Positions 46,257-55,023 of a stretch of DNA of 64,000 bases are shown one piece after another. The position numbers and the translations under genes are program-made. The notes below the pieces were generated by a model, which saw nothing but the letters and a program-made list of their open reading frames with translations, searched no databases and was not told the DNA's origin. The number at the start of each line of letters is the position of its first letter. Within the stretch, counting starts at the first letter, position 1. Source of the stretch: Candidatus Omnitrophota bacterium (GTDB lineage Bacteria > Omnitrophota > Gorgyraeia > Zapsychrales > JANLHA01); NCBI GenBank assembly GCA_963662715.1, contig OY759724.1:332670-396669 (forward strand), in the 5' to 3' direction.

Positions 46257-46934
46257 CTATGTATCTATAAACCGGCCGTCCCGCATGGACAGAACCTTGC
46301 GGGAACGCGAAGCGATCTGCGAATCGTGGGTCACGATAATCAGTGTAAGTTTTTTTTGTTTATTAAACTCTTCCAGCAAACGGATAATTTCCGCTCCGCT
46401 TTCTGAATCCAGATTGCCCGTGGGCTCATCGCATAAAAGGATTCTAGGGGCGTTCATAAGGGATCTCGCGATAGCCACCCGCTGCTGCTCCCCCCCTGAC
46501 AATTCATTGGGACGGTGCTCCAGACGATGCGCCAACCCGACCCGTTCCAGGAGATCCTGGCCGCGGGTTCTTAAAGATGCCATGTCACGGGATGCCTTCA
46601 GGACCATAGCCGGCAATATGACGTTCTCCAAAGCAGAGAATTCCGGCAACAGATGATAAAACTGAAAAATAAATCCGACCTTTTGATTCCTTATTTTGGC
46701 CCGGGCCTTGTCATTCAAACGATAGATATCCTCTCCATCGATGATCACTTCGCCGCTGCTGGGCTTGTCCAGCCCTCCCAGGATATGAAGCAATGTGGAC
46801 TTCCCTGCCCCCGATGGGCCAACAATGGCCAGAAAATCGCCTTCCTGGACACTTAAGGTTACCCCTTTAAGAACGGTCAGGCTGCTGGACGGCTGTTCGT
46901 ACTGCTTCCGGACATTGTTGACATGAAGTATCAT
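46257..46934 (-). CDS. lolD: Lipoprotein-release ABC transporter ATP-binding protein
   Basis: 225 aa. Walker A GPSGAGKST, ABC signature LSGGEQQRVAIAR, Walker B LLCDEPTG. Paired with an FtsX/MacB-type permease. Confidence 0.75.
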   Translation of the reverse strand: MILHVNNVRKQYEQPSSSLTVLKGVTLSVQEGDFLAIVGPSGAGKSTLLHILGGLDKPSSGEVIIDGEDIYRLNDKARAKIRNQKVGFIFQFYHLLPEFSALENVILPAMVLKASRDMASLRTRGQDLLERVGLAHRLEHRPNELSGGEQQRVAIARSLMNAPRILLCDEPTGNLDSESGAEIIRLLEEFNKQKKLTLIIVTHDSQIASRSRKVLSMRDGRFIDT

Positions 46935-46986
46935 TTAATTATAACGATCTTTCTCGGAATCCGCTATTTGAATATTGAAATATTTA

Positions 46987-48180
46987 TTACTCATAACGCA
47001 GGGCTTCCACAGGCTGCAATTTGGCCGCCTTCGCTGACGGATAAATCGAGGCAAAATAACTGATCAGCTGGGCCGCCACAACAATCGCGAGAATATCAAA
47101 AAGCTGCAGCTCCACCGGGACATGATCAATAGAATAAATATCGGCCGGCACCTTGATGTACGTCCGCAAAATATAGCTCACGGCACATCCACCCACGAGC
47201 CCTAAAAAAGTGCCTGTCGTGCCGATATAAACCCCCATTTTCGTGAATATCTGCCGGATACTCTTCTTAGGAACACCGATGGACTGCAAAATACCGATAT
47301 CATGAATCTTGCTCATCACGGTCACAATGAGCGTACTGATAATATTAAACGACGCCACCAGGACCATTAAAGTGAGAACAATGAAAAGGCCCCATTTCTC
47401 AAGGAAAAGCGCCTCAAAAAGGTTGCGGTTCAGATCAATCCAGGTCTTCACAATAAAACTATAGCCGAGCTTTTCATAAATCGCTTTTTGCACCTCTTCT
47501 GCCTTATGAGGGTTGTCCAGTCTGAGCCCGAGCCCGCTGATCTTATTTTCCGGGAAATTAAAAATCGTCTGAGCCTTTTTTAAATGCACCAGGACCAGGT
47601 TCATATCATAATCCACCATACCCGTATCAAAAATCCCGGCAATCGTCAGCTCATATTTCCAGCCCTGTCCGGCGATACCTGACCCCGGGGCGATCAGGCT
47701 CAATTTATCACCGATAGAATACCCCGCGTACCGGGCCAGTTCGCGGCCGATAATAATCCCGTCCTCGTTCAGCTGGGACAAACGCCCCTCTTTCAAATAC
47801 TCTTCAACTTTTGTGACCTGCCCTTCGTTCTCGGGAGAGATGCCCCGGATAACAAGCCCGATAGCGTTGCCTTCCAGGTCGAGAAAAACATTTCCCTGGA
47901 TATAAGGAGCAACCCCTTTAACCCCCTCAATCGAAACCAGCCGGTCGATATATTGCTCGTAATTCTTGATCCCGGTTTCCCGCTCAACGGCAATGTGCGG
48001 GGATGACCCGATGATCTTTTCCCGCAGATTATTGCCAAACCCTGTCATCACACCCGTGACCACGATCAAAGCCATCACGCCCAAAGCCACACCCGCAATA
48101 GAGATAAACGTCAAAAAGGAGAGGAATCCTCCCTTGCGGCGCATTAAATAGCGGTAACTGATCCAGCTGACATAATTCAT
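46987..48180 (-). CDS. lolE: Lipoprotein-release permease LolC/LolE (FtsX-like with MacB-type periplasmic domain)
   Basis: 397 aa. MNYVSWISYRYLMRRKGGFLSF... Four TM helices and a large periplasmic loop. Confidence 0.75.
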   Translation of the reverse strand: MNYVSWISYRYLMRRKGGFLSFLTFISIAGVALGVMALIVVTGVMTGFGNNLREKIIGSSPHIAVERETGIKNYEQYIDRLVSIEGVKGVAPYIQGNVFLDLEGNAIGLVIRGISPENEGQVTKVEEYLKEGRLSQLNEDGIIIGRELARYAGYSIGDKLSLIAPGSGIAGQGWKYELTIAGIFDTGMVDYDMNLVLVHLKKAQTIFNFPENKISGLGLRLDNPHKAEEVQKAIYEKLGYSFIVKTWIDLNRNLFEALFLEKWGLFIVLTLMVLVASFNIISTLIVTVMSKIHDIGILQSIGVPKKSIRQIFTKMGVYIGTTGTFLGLVGGCAVSYILRTYIKVPADIYSIDHVPVELQLFDILAIVVAAQLISYFASIYPSAKAAKLQPVEALRYE

Positions 48181-48223
48181 AATTTTAATAATCCTGTATT
48201 CTTATGCCCACGGCAGAGCCTGT

Positions 48224-49753
48224 TCAAGAATCCTTTTCCAGAGCTCGATCCTGTTTTGCGCATTCTTCTCCGCCGGATTCTCCGGGTTCCTTTTCTGCGC
48301 AGGCGACAGGCTTCAGCAGCGGGAACAAGATAACGTCTCTGATCGAGGGCGCGTCCGTTAAAAGCATCACCAGCCGGTCCACGCCGATACCCAGCCCTCC
48401 GGCCGGCGGCATACCGTACTCAAGAGCTTGAATGAAATCATCATCGATACACCGCAGTCCTGTTTCGACATCATCGTCCAAATCCGCCAGTAATCTTCTC
48501 TTCTGTTCCTGGGGATCATTCAGCTCGGAATAGGCGTTCCCAACCTCCAGGCCGGCGATAAAACATTCAAACCGCTGGGATATTTCCGGCTTGTCAGGAC
48601 ATGTCTTGGCCAAAGGACAAAGAAACGTAAAGTAATCCGTAAAAAACACCGGATTCATGGTCGCATCTTCTTCCAGGAGATCTTCCACAATCTTCATAAC
48701 CGCGGAACGGGTCAGGACCTGAATCTTGAGTTTATCGCCTTTGACGGTTTTGACTTTCTCCAGCATCGTCTGGGCGTCGTCTTTGGGGTCAATGTCAAAC
48801 TTCTTCTTAACGATGTCAGCGAAGGACCGTCTTTCCCACGGTGGGGTAAAATCAATATCTTTGCCCTGATAGACGATGCGGTAGGACCCGCAGACTTCTT
48901 TGACCAGACCGGACACCAAGTCCTCCATCAAGGCCATCATGTCGGTATAATCAGCGTAAGACTGATAGACTTCCAGCATCGTAAACTCCGGGTTATGACG
49001 GGTCGAAATCCCTTCATTGCGGAAATTGCGGTTTATTTCGTAGACACGCTCCAGGCCGCCGACCAGCAAACGCTTCAAATAAAGCTCCGGGGCGATTCGC
49101 AAAAACACTTCCATATCATAAGTGTTGTGCTTGCTTTTAAAAGGGCGCCCACGCGCTCCTCCGGCGAGAGGCTGCAGCATCGGGGTTTCCACTTCCAGGA
49201 ATCCGCGCTGATCCAGATAAGCCCGGATAAAACTGACGATGAAACTCCTTTTAATAAACAGTTCGCGTACAGGCTGGTTGACGATGAGATCGACATACCT
49301 TTGCCGATAGCGTATCTCGGTATCTTTTAACCCGTGCCATTTCTCCGGCAGGGACATAATGGATTTGGATAAAACCGTCAAGGTTTTAATTCGGACGCTT
49401 TTTTCTCCGGTTTTTGTAAGAAACAGCGTTCCGGTAACTCCGATGATATCCCCGATATCCAACAGCTTGGCGACTTCAAATGCCTCCGGGCCGATATGAT
49501 CCGCCTTGACAAAAAGCTGGATCTTTCCGCTCTGATCCATCAGGTCCGCGAACATGACTTTTCCATGCTTGCGTTTGGCCATAAGACGTCCTGCTAAAAG
49601 AACGTCCTTCTCCTCGGTAAAACTATCCAGAACAGGCTGGATTTTCTGGACTGCCGCAAACCGCTCTCCATAAGGGACGACTTTTAACTCATTCATTTTA
49701 TTAAGCTTGTCAATTCTTACCTTTTTGATCTCTTCAATTTCCATGACAGACAT
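48224..49753 (-). CDS. lysS: Lysyl-tRNA synthetase (class II)
   Basis: 509 aa. An N-terminal OB anticodon-binding domain and class II motifs (...FRNEGISTRHNPEFTMLE..., GGLGIGVDRLVM). Confidence 0.9.
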   Translation of the reverse strand: MSVMEIEEIKKVRIDKLNKMNELKVVPYGERFAAVQKIQPVLDSFTEEKDVLLAGRLMAKRKHGKVMFADLMDQSGKIQLFVKADHIGPEAFEVAKLLDIGDIIGVTGTLFLTKTGEKSVRIKTLTVLSKSIMSLPEKWHGLKDTEIRYRQRYVDLIVNQPVRELFIKRSFIVSFIRAYLDQRGFLEVETPMLQPLAGGARGRPFKSKHNTYDMEVFLRIAPELYLKRLLVGGLERVYEINRNFRNEGISTRHNPEFTMLEVYQSYADYTDMMALMEDLVSGLVKEVCGSYRIVYQGKDIDFTPPWERRSFADIVKKKFDIDPKDDAQTMLEKVKTVKGDKLKIQVLTRSAVMKIVEDLLEEDATMNPVFFTDYFTFLCPLAKTCPDKPEISQRFECFIAGLEVGNAYSELNDPQEQKRRLLADLDDDVETGLRCIDDDFIQALEYGMPPAGGLGIGVDRLVMLLTDAPSIRDVILFPLLKPVACAEKEPGESGGEECAKQDRALEKDS

Positions 49754-49970
49754 GCCCTTTCTTTATAAATAATATGAAAATTATATAGAAAATAAATATC
49801 AGTGTCAATCAAAAGGCTCGAATACCTGAGGGCCTTGATGTCTCCAACAGTCCTTAACCTTGCGGGAGCAAAAAAATGCTCCAGGACCAAAAGAGGGAAC
49901 CTTAAAATGATCTTCAGAATATCTCTTAGGCGCCCGGACAGAATTGAGCCTAAAGAATCAACGGGAAGAA

Positions 49971-50789
49971 TTATGGGGTCGCTACGATACAGACTTCCGA
50001 TTTATTGGCTAATTGAACGGTTTTCAATTGATCAATAATGATGGTTTTATGCGCTTCCACAGCCAAGCATTTTGCTTTAACCTGGCTCATGTGCTTGATC
50101 GTTCTGGGGCCGATAACAGGCACATCAAAACGGAAATCCTGTTCGGGCTTGCTCATTTTAACGACAACGGCCCCCTCTTTTGCGATCCGCCCGCCCCTGA
50201 GGATGCACTGATCGGTGCCTTCCATGGCCTCTATGGCGACAATGGCTTTATCTTTGATAACGACCGTCTGCCCGACGTCCAATCCCCCCATGGATTTGGC
50301 AATATTTTTTCCGAAAGAAATATCATCCAGCTCATTCAGGGTCGGGCCTCTGCGCGTTAACGTCCCCTTCGGGGCCAGATATTTCTTCAACAAAAATGTT
50401 GAATCCATCAGTTCCAGTCCTTTCTGATGGAGTTTCTCCGCCACGGCAGAAAAAATCGTATCCGCTTTTCTGTCATGAATGGCCTGGAATATCTCCTGGA
50501 ACTCCTGATCCAACTGGAGGCTCGAATCGAACAGATTCTTCGGATGAACTTGTCCGGCCATAATAATGTTTTTGACTCCCTGGGCCACAAAATAATCAAA
50601 TAAAGCCGCTAATTGGCCGGCGTGAAACCACTGCAGTTTCGAAACCAGAAAGGGCAGAAGCCACGTGGTGTCTCCCTTGATGCCTGCCGCAATCACTTCA
50701 ATATCCTGATCCCTGGCCGCCCGGGCAAAAAGCAACGGGAAACGGCCGTTACCGGCAATAAGTCCTATTTTATGAATTTTATCTGGCAT
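49971..50789 (-). CDS. lpxI: UDP-2,3-diacylglucosamine hydrolase LpxI (DUF1009)
   Basis: 272 aa. KIGLIAGNGRFPLLFARAARD at the N-terminus and ...FDVPVIGPRTIKHM...LAVEA... at the C-terminus resemble Caulobacter-type LpxI. It lies directly downstream of lpxA. Confidence 0.6.
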   Translation of the reverse strand: MPDKIHKIGLIAGNGRFPLLFARAARDQDIEVIAAGIKGDTTWLLPFLVSKLQWFHAGQLAALFDYFVAQGVKNIIMAGQVHPKNLFDSSLQLDQEFQEIFQAIHDRKADTIFSAVAEKLHQKGLELMDSTFLLKKYLAPKGTLTRRGPTLNELDDISFGKNIAKSMGGLDVGQTVVIKDKAIVAIEAMEGTDQCILRGGRIAKEGAVVVKMSKPEQDFRFDVPVIGPRTIKHMSQVKAKCLAVEAHKTIIIDQLKTVQLANKSEVCIVATP

Positions 50790-50856
50790 GAAAAAAGCGT
50801 TAATTAGATGACACGCGTTCTCTTTTCGCTTGCGAGAGACAATACCCGTCTGTTCT

Positions 50857-51642
50857 TCAACTGCACAATCCGCGTTTTGTCGTCTTGGCGAAAAAAATCA
50901 AGTGTTCCAGCTCCGGTGAAGGCGGAAAATCTTTCTCAATTTGTTCGATCGCGTGTGTCTTCGTTAACCCGGAGCGAAAAAGGCATTTGAACACTTTCTT
51001 CAAGACTTTAATCACATCAGGAGAGACATTAGCCCGTCTTAAACCGACAAGGTTAACATTAAAAACTCTGGCTGGATGACCGTCACACATAGAAAACGGG
51101 GGGATATCCTGGACAACCTTTGAGCATCCGCCGATGATAGAAAGGCGTCCCAGGCGGACGAATTGATGCACAGCACTTAAACCGCCGACGACAGCGTTAT
51201 CTTCCAACGTGACATGCCCGGCCAAAGTCCCGGCGTTGGCCATGACACAGTTATTACCCACCACACAGTCATGGGCCACGTGTGAGTAGGCCATAAACAA
51301 ATTGTTGTTTCCGATAATCGTTTGTCCGCCCCCCTCGACTGTCCCGGGGTTAATCGTCACATACTCACGGATCGTGTTATTATTGCCTATAAGCAAGGAG
51401 ACATCATCGGTGTCCTTAAATTTCTTATCCTGCGGAGGACTTCCCACCACGGCACCGGAAAAAACATGGCACTCCTGGCCGATGGTTGTTTGCCCGTCCA
51501 AAATAGCATGAGCCTCTATTCTGGTTCTGTCCCCCACGACAACTTTCGGGCCAATGACAACATATGGCCCGACGGAAACATCTTCTCCTATTTTAGCATT
51601 CGGATGAATAACAGCTGTTTTATGCACCTTTGTATGATCCAT
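50857..51642 (-). CDS. lpxA: Acyl-ACP--UDP-GlcNAc O-acyltransferase
   Basis: 261 aa. Left-handed beta-helix hexapeptide repeats throughout and a C-terminal LpxA helical domain (...RVFNVNLVGLRRANVSPD...). Confidence 0.9.
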   Translation of the reverse strand: MDHTKVHKTAVIHPNAKIGEDVSVGPYVVIGPKVVVGDRTRIEAHAILDGQTTIGQECHVFSGAVVGSPPQDKKFKDTDDVSLLIGNNNTIREYVTINPGTVEGGGQTIIGNNNLFMAYSHVAHDCVVGNNCVMANAGTLAGHVTLEDNAVVGGLSAVHQFVRLGRLSIIGGCSKVVQDIPPFSMCDGHPARVFNVNLVGLRRANVSPDVIKVLKKVFKCLFRSGLTKTHAIEQIEKDFPPSPELEHLIFFAKTTKRGLCS

Positions 51643-51802
51643 ACCTTTAATAACCTATTCCGTATTTCATGAGTTAAACCTAAAAATTTTTACTCACATG
51701 CATTGTTTATCTTAAAGCACCGGCCTCACACTTCGCAGGCCTCCAAGCTTCCCCAAATCTATCGCACAAAGTCAAATCCACCTTTTTATAATAAAGCTTA
51801 AT

Positions 51803-53161
51803 TCAGGACACTGCTCCGGCAAGAAGAAACTTCTCATCCAAGAATGAAAAAATCATCTCTGCTTCCGCAACAACTTCACTCCCGACTTTTGTGACACCGC
51901 GTAAAGCAGCCGTTCGGGAACGGTCTCTGATAACCTCAATTTCCATGCGGAGCTGGTCCCCCGGATTCACAAGCTTACGAAATTTAACTTTGTCTGTCGC
52001 CATAAACAAGGCGACTTTGCCGCGGTGCATCTCGTTGGTCATCATCAAGATACCCCCGACCTGGGCCATGGCTTCGATCATCAGAACACCCGGCATAACA
52101 GGACGGGTCGGAAAATGCCCCGTGAAGAAATTATCGTTGATAGTCACATTTTTGATGCCGACGGCCCGCCGGCCGCTCTGCAGTTCGACAATACGGTCGA
52201 CCAGCAGGAAAGGATACCGGTGCGGGAGGATTTTTAAAATAGCCTGGATATCCAGTTCTGACTGAGAGCCGAATTGCGTCAACGGGGCCGCGCCCCCTGT
52301 TTTGGCGTACCTGATATGCTGCTTACTGATCTTCCGGAGCAATTCCACGTTCAGGGTATGGCCGCTGCGCATCGCAAAAACATGCCCCTTGACGGGCCTC
52401 CCGAGAAGATACAAGTCGCCGATCAAATCCAGGACTTTATGCCTGGCGAATTCGTCCTGAAAACGCACCTCGTTCTGAATAACACCTTTCTTCCCCACGA
52501 CAAGGGTATTATCATAGTTGGCCCCTTTCCCCAAGCCGCTCGCCTGCAGTTCAGAGGCCTCATCCTCCAGACAAAATGTGCGCGACGGGGCGATATCCTT
52601 CTCAAACGTATCGCGGTTGATCACCCTGCTGAAAAACTGCGCCTGTAAAAGAGGATGATCATAATTAAGCGCGTAGGAAATTTTCAGTTCATCGGCCGGA
52701 ACGATTAAAATGGAAGCCCCGTTATTGCTAACGTTCAAAGGTTCTTTTACTGCAATATACTCCCGCGGCTCCTCTTGGACATCGACTCCGACACGTTTAA
52801 TCTCTTCCAAGAAGTCAATGCCACTGCCGTCTAGGCCGGGCAATTCATTCCCGTTGATCTCAATCAAAATATTATCGATTTCATAACCGAACAACGCGGC
52901 CATGAAATGCTCCACCGTGTGTATGACAACATCATTTCTCCGGATGGACGTGCACCGCGGCACCGTATTATCGATAAACACATTTTCCAGGGCCGGCAGA
53001 ATCACCGGCTGTCCCGGCAAATCCGTGCGTTTAAACATGATCCCGCTATTAACGTCGGCAGGCCGGAGACGGGCCTTCACGTGATTTCCCGTATGCAGCC
53101 CTCGCCCCTCTAAAACAATCTCGTTTTTAAGTGTCTTCTGTTTTGGACTCATTCTGATCAT
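51803..53161 (-). CDS. lpxC-fabZ: Bifunctional UDP-3-O-acyl-GlcNAc deacetylase / 3-hydroxyacyl-ACP dehydratase (LpxC-FabZ fusion)
   Basis: N-terminal LpxC (...KQKTLKNEIVLEGRGLHTGNHV..., HTLNVELL) runs directly into a FabZ hot-dog domain (...LPHRYPFLLVDRIVEL...GHFP..PVMPGVLMIEAMAQ). The track ORF starts at 53218. M20 (53161) or M23 (53152) fits the LpxC N-terminus and clears the lpxD stop. Confidence 0.85.
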   Translation of the reverse strand: MIRMSPKQKTLKNEIVLEGRGLHTGNHVKARLRPADVNSGIMFKRTDLPGQPVILPALENVFIDNTVPRCTSIRRNDVVIHTVEHFMAALFGYEIDNILIEINGNELPGLDGSGIDFLEEIKRVGVDVQEEPREYIAVKEPLNVSNNGASILIVPADELKISYALNYDHPLLQAQFFSRVINRDTFEKDIAPSRTFCLEDEASELQASGLGKGANYDNTLVVGKKGVIQNEVRFQDEFARHKVLDLIGDLYLLGRPVKGHVFAMRSGHTLNVELLRKISKQHIRYAKTGGAAPLTQFGSQSELDIQAILKILPHRYPFLLVDRIVELQSGRRAVGIKNVTINDNFFTGHFPTRPVMPGVLMIEAMAQVGGILMMTNEMHRGKVALFMATDKVKFRKLVNPGDQLRMEIEVIRDRSRTAALRGVTKVGSEVVAEAEMIFSFLDEKFLLAGAVS

Positions 53162-54230
53162 CTCTTGATGGACATTCCTTCCCTTCCTTTCGTTCGGACA
53201 GGGAGAGAATCTGTTCACTTAATTTTTCAATTTTATTCTGCAATTCATTTATTCTTTTAATATAAACCGGCAAACGCTGCACATAGGCATTGATACGCTT
53301 TGCCGTTTGATGCGGCTTAGCGGGGTAACCGGAGACGACCGTATGAGGAGGGACAGAGCCCACAACACCCGCCTGGGCGGCGACAACGGCTCCTTCGCCG
53401 ATTGTCAAATGCCCTGCCAGGCCGGCCTGTCCGGCCAACACAACACGATCCTCGATAATATCGCTTCCCGAGATGCCGACTTGAGCAATGATGATACAGT
53501 TTTCCCCGATACGGACATTATGCGCTATCTGGACGAGGTTATCAATCTTCGTCCCCTTACCGATGACCGTTTTATCAAACCGCGCCCTGTCTATTGTCAC
53601 GTTGGAGCCGATTTCGACATCATCGCAAATTTCCACGATCCCTATTTGCGGGATCTTTTCATGCCGTCCCTCAATGTTCACAAAGCCAAAACCATCAGAT
53701 CCGATGACTGTCCCGCAATGAATAATAACCCGATGCCCGATCACCACCCGCTCCCGGACAGAGACATGGGCATAAAGGCAGCAGTCCTGCCCTATAACGC
53801 TATGGTGTCCGATAAAGCAATGGCTGCCGATTATTGTGTTGGCTTCGATCTTCACGCCGTTTTCCACGACAGCATAAGGTCCGATACTGACATTTCCTCC
53901 CAGAGAGACATCCTCGGCGATAATCGCCGTCGGATGAATCCCGGTCTGAACCTGAGGCTGTTCCGGGATAAACAGAGGAACGATCCTGGAAAAAGCCAGA
54001 GAAGGATTGGAGGTATGAATCAGAGTTTTACCTTCTGCCTCAAACCCTTCCGGGCAGATAATCGCCGAAGCCTTGGTCTTGGCCACAAGTGAGGAATATT
54101 TCGAATTGGCAACGAACGTTATGTCTCCGGGCTGTGCTTCTTTAATACCCGAGAGACTTTTAATTTCAGTGTTTCCGTCTCCGGAAATTCTCCCTTGTAT
54201 CTCTTCTGCTATTTCATATACTGTGATCAT
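53127..54230 (-). CDS. lpxD: UDP-3-O-acylglucosamine N-acyltransferase
   Basis: 367 aa. N-terminal MITVYEIAEEIQGRI..., an extended LbH hexapeptide-repeat region and a C-terminal coiled coil. Confidence 0.9.
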   Translation of the reverse strand: MITVYEIAEEIQGRISGDGNTEIKSLSGIKEAQPGDITFVANSKYSSLVAKTKASAIICPEGFEAEGKTLIHTSNPSLAFSRIVPLFIPEQPQVQTGIHPTAIIAEDVSLGGNVSIGPYAVVENGVKIEANTIIGSHCFIGHHSVIGQDCCLYAHVSVRERVVIGHRVIIHCGTVIGSDGFGFVNIEGRHEKIPQIGIVEICDDVEIGSNVTIDRARFDKTVIGKGTKIDNLVQIAHNVRIGENCIIIAQVGISGSDIIEDRVVLAGQAGLAGHLTIGEGAVVAAQAGVVGSVPPHTVVSGYPAKPHQTAKRINAYVQRLPVYIKRINELQNKIEKLSEQILSLSERKEGKECPSRDDQNESKTEDT

Positions 54231-54431
54231 CTACGCCCCGTCAACCCACTTCGTCATTTTAATCAAACAAATGGAACCTTCCAAAACCCCTCGGCAGCAT
54301 GCTGCGGGGTATCCGGGCAGGGCTTGCAAGCCCTCTGAGTATTTTCAACCTAAACCCAGCAAGCTGGGCGTATTGACTCCCAGAGAATAAATACGCTGCG
54401 CCGCCCCGCACCCTATTTCTCAAAAACAACC

Positions 54432-54953
54432 CTATTCTTTGCCCTGATAGTTTTCATTAAGAATCGTCAGAACCTGCTCGGTAATATCAAGGGTCTCGTC
54501 ACCGTAAATAAGAACACGGTCATTCAAGATCAGGTCGTATTTTTCTTTCTTGGCAAAATCGCTTACAGTTTTTTCAATCTCCAACAGTATTTCACGGATT
54601 TTTTCATCCCGTTGTTTGGCCAGATCCGTTCTCTTGGATTGATCAAATTCCAGGAGGTCTCTTTTCATGTCTTCTATCTCTGCCTGAAGTTTTTCCTTCT
54701 CCTCCGCCTTCATCAAAGCCAATTTACTCGTAGATTCCTGAATCTTCGTCAATTTCTGCTCCCGAATCTCCTCGTACCCTTTATGATCTTTTTCTAAAAC
54801 AGCATCATACTCTTTTGTTTTTTCGTAACTGTCGAAAAGCTTACTCAAGTCCAAAAAGGCCACTTTACGTTCAATTCCCTGTGCTTGCGCAGACAAACTT
54901 AAAAAGAAAACACATGTCAAAGTTAGCACAAAATACTTTATCCTCTTCATCAT
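54432..54953 (-). CDS. skp: Periplasmic chaperone Skp/OmpH
   Basis: 173 aa. A signal peptide, then a coiled-coil-rich OmpH-like sequence (KVAFLDLSKLFDSYEKTKEY...). Located between bamA and lpxD as usual. Confidence 0.75.
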   Translation of the reverse strand: MMKRIKYFVLTLTCVFFLSLSAQAQGIERKVAFLDLSKLFDSYEKTKEYDAVLEKDHKGYEEIREQKLTKIQESTSKLALMKAEEKEKLQAEIEDMKRDLLEFDQSKRTDLAKQRDEKIREILLEIEKTVSDFAKKEKYDLILNDRVLIYGDETLDITEQVLTILNENYQGKE

Positions 54954-55023
54954 TTACCTCCTTAGTATTCCTGGTTCATGCCCAAAGATTAATACAGCTG
55001 TTGATATTAATTCTTTCGTCCTT

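Noticed and set aside
54231-54431. Palindromes (GGCAGCATGCTGCC; AGGGCTTGCAAGCCCT) between lpxD and skp as possible terminators or attenuators
   Set aside because: Neither is followed by a U-run on the coding (minus) strand, and bamA-skp-lpxD are normally co-transcribed. Left unannotated, though a regulatory role cannot be excluded.
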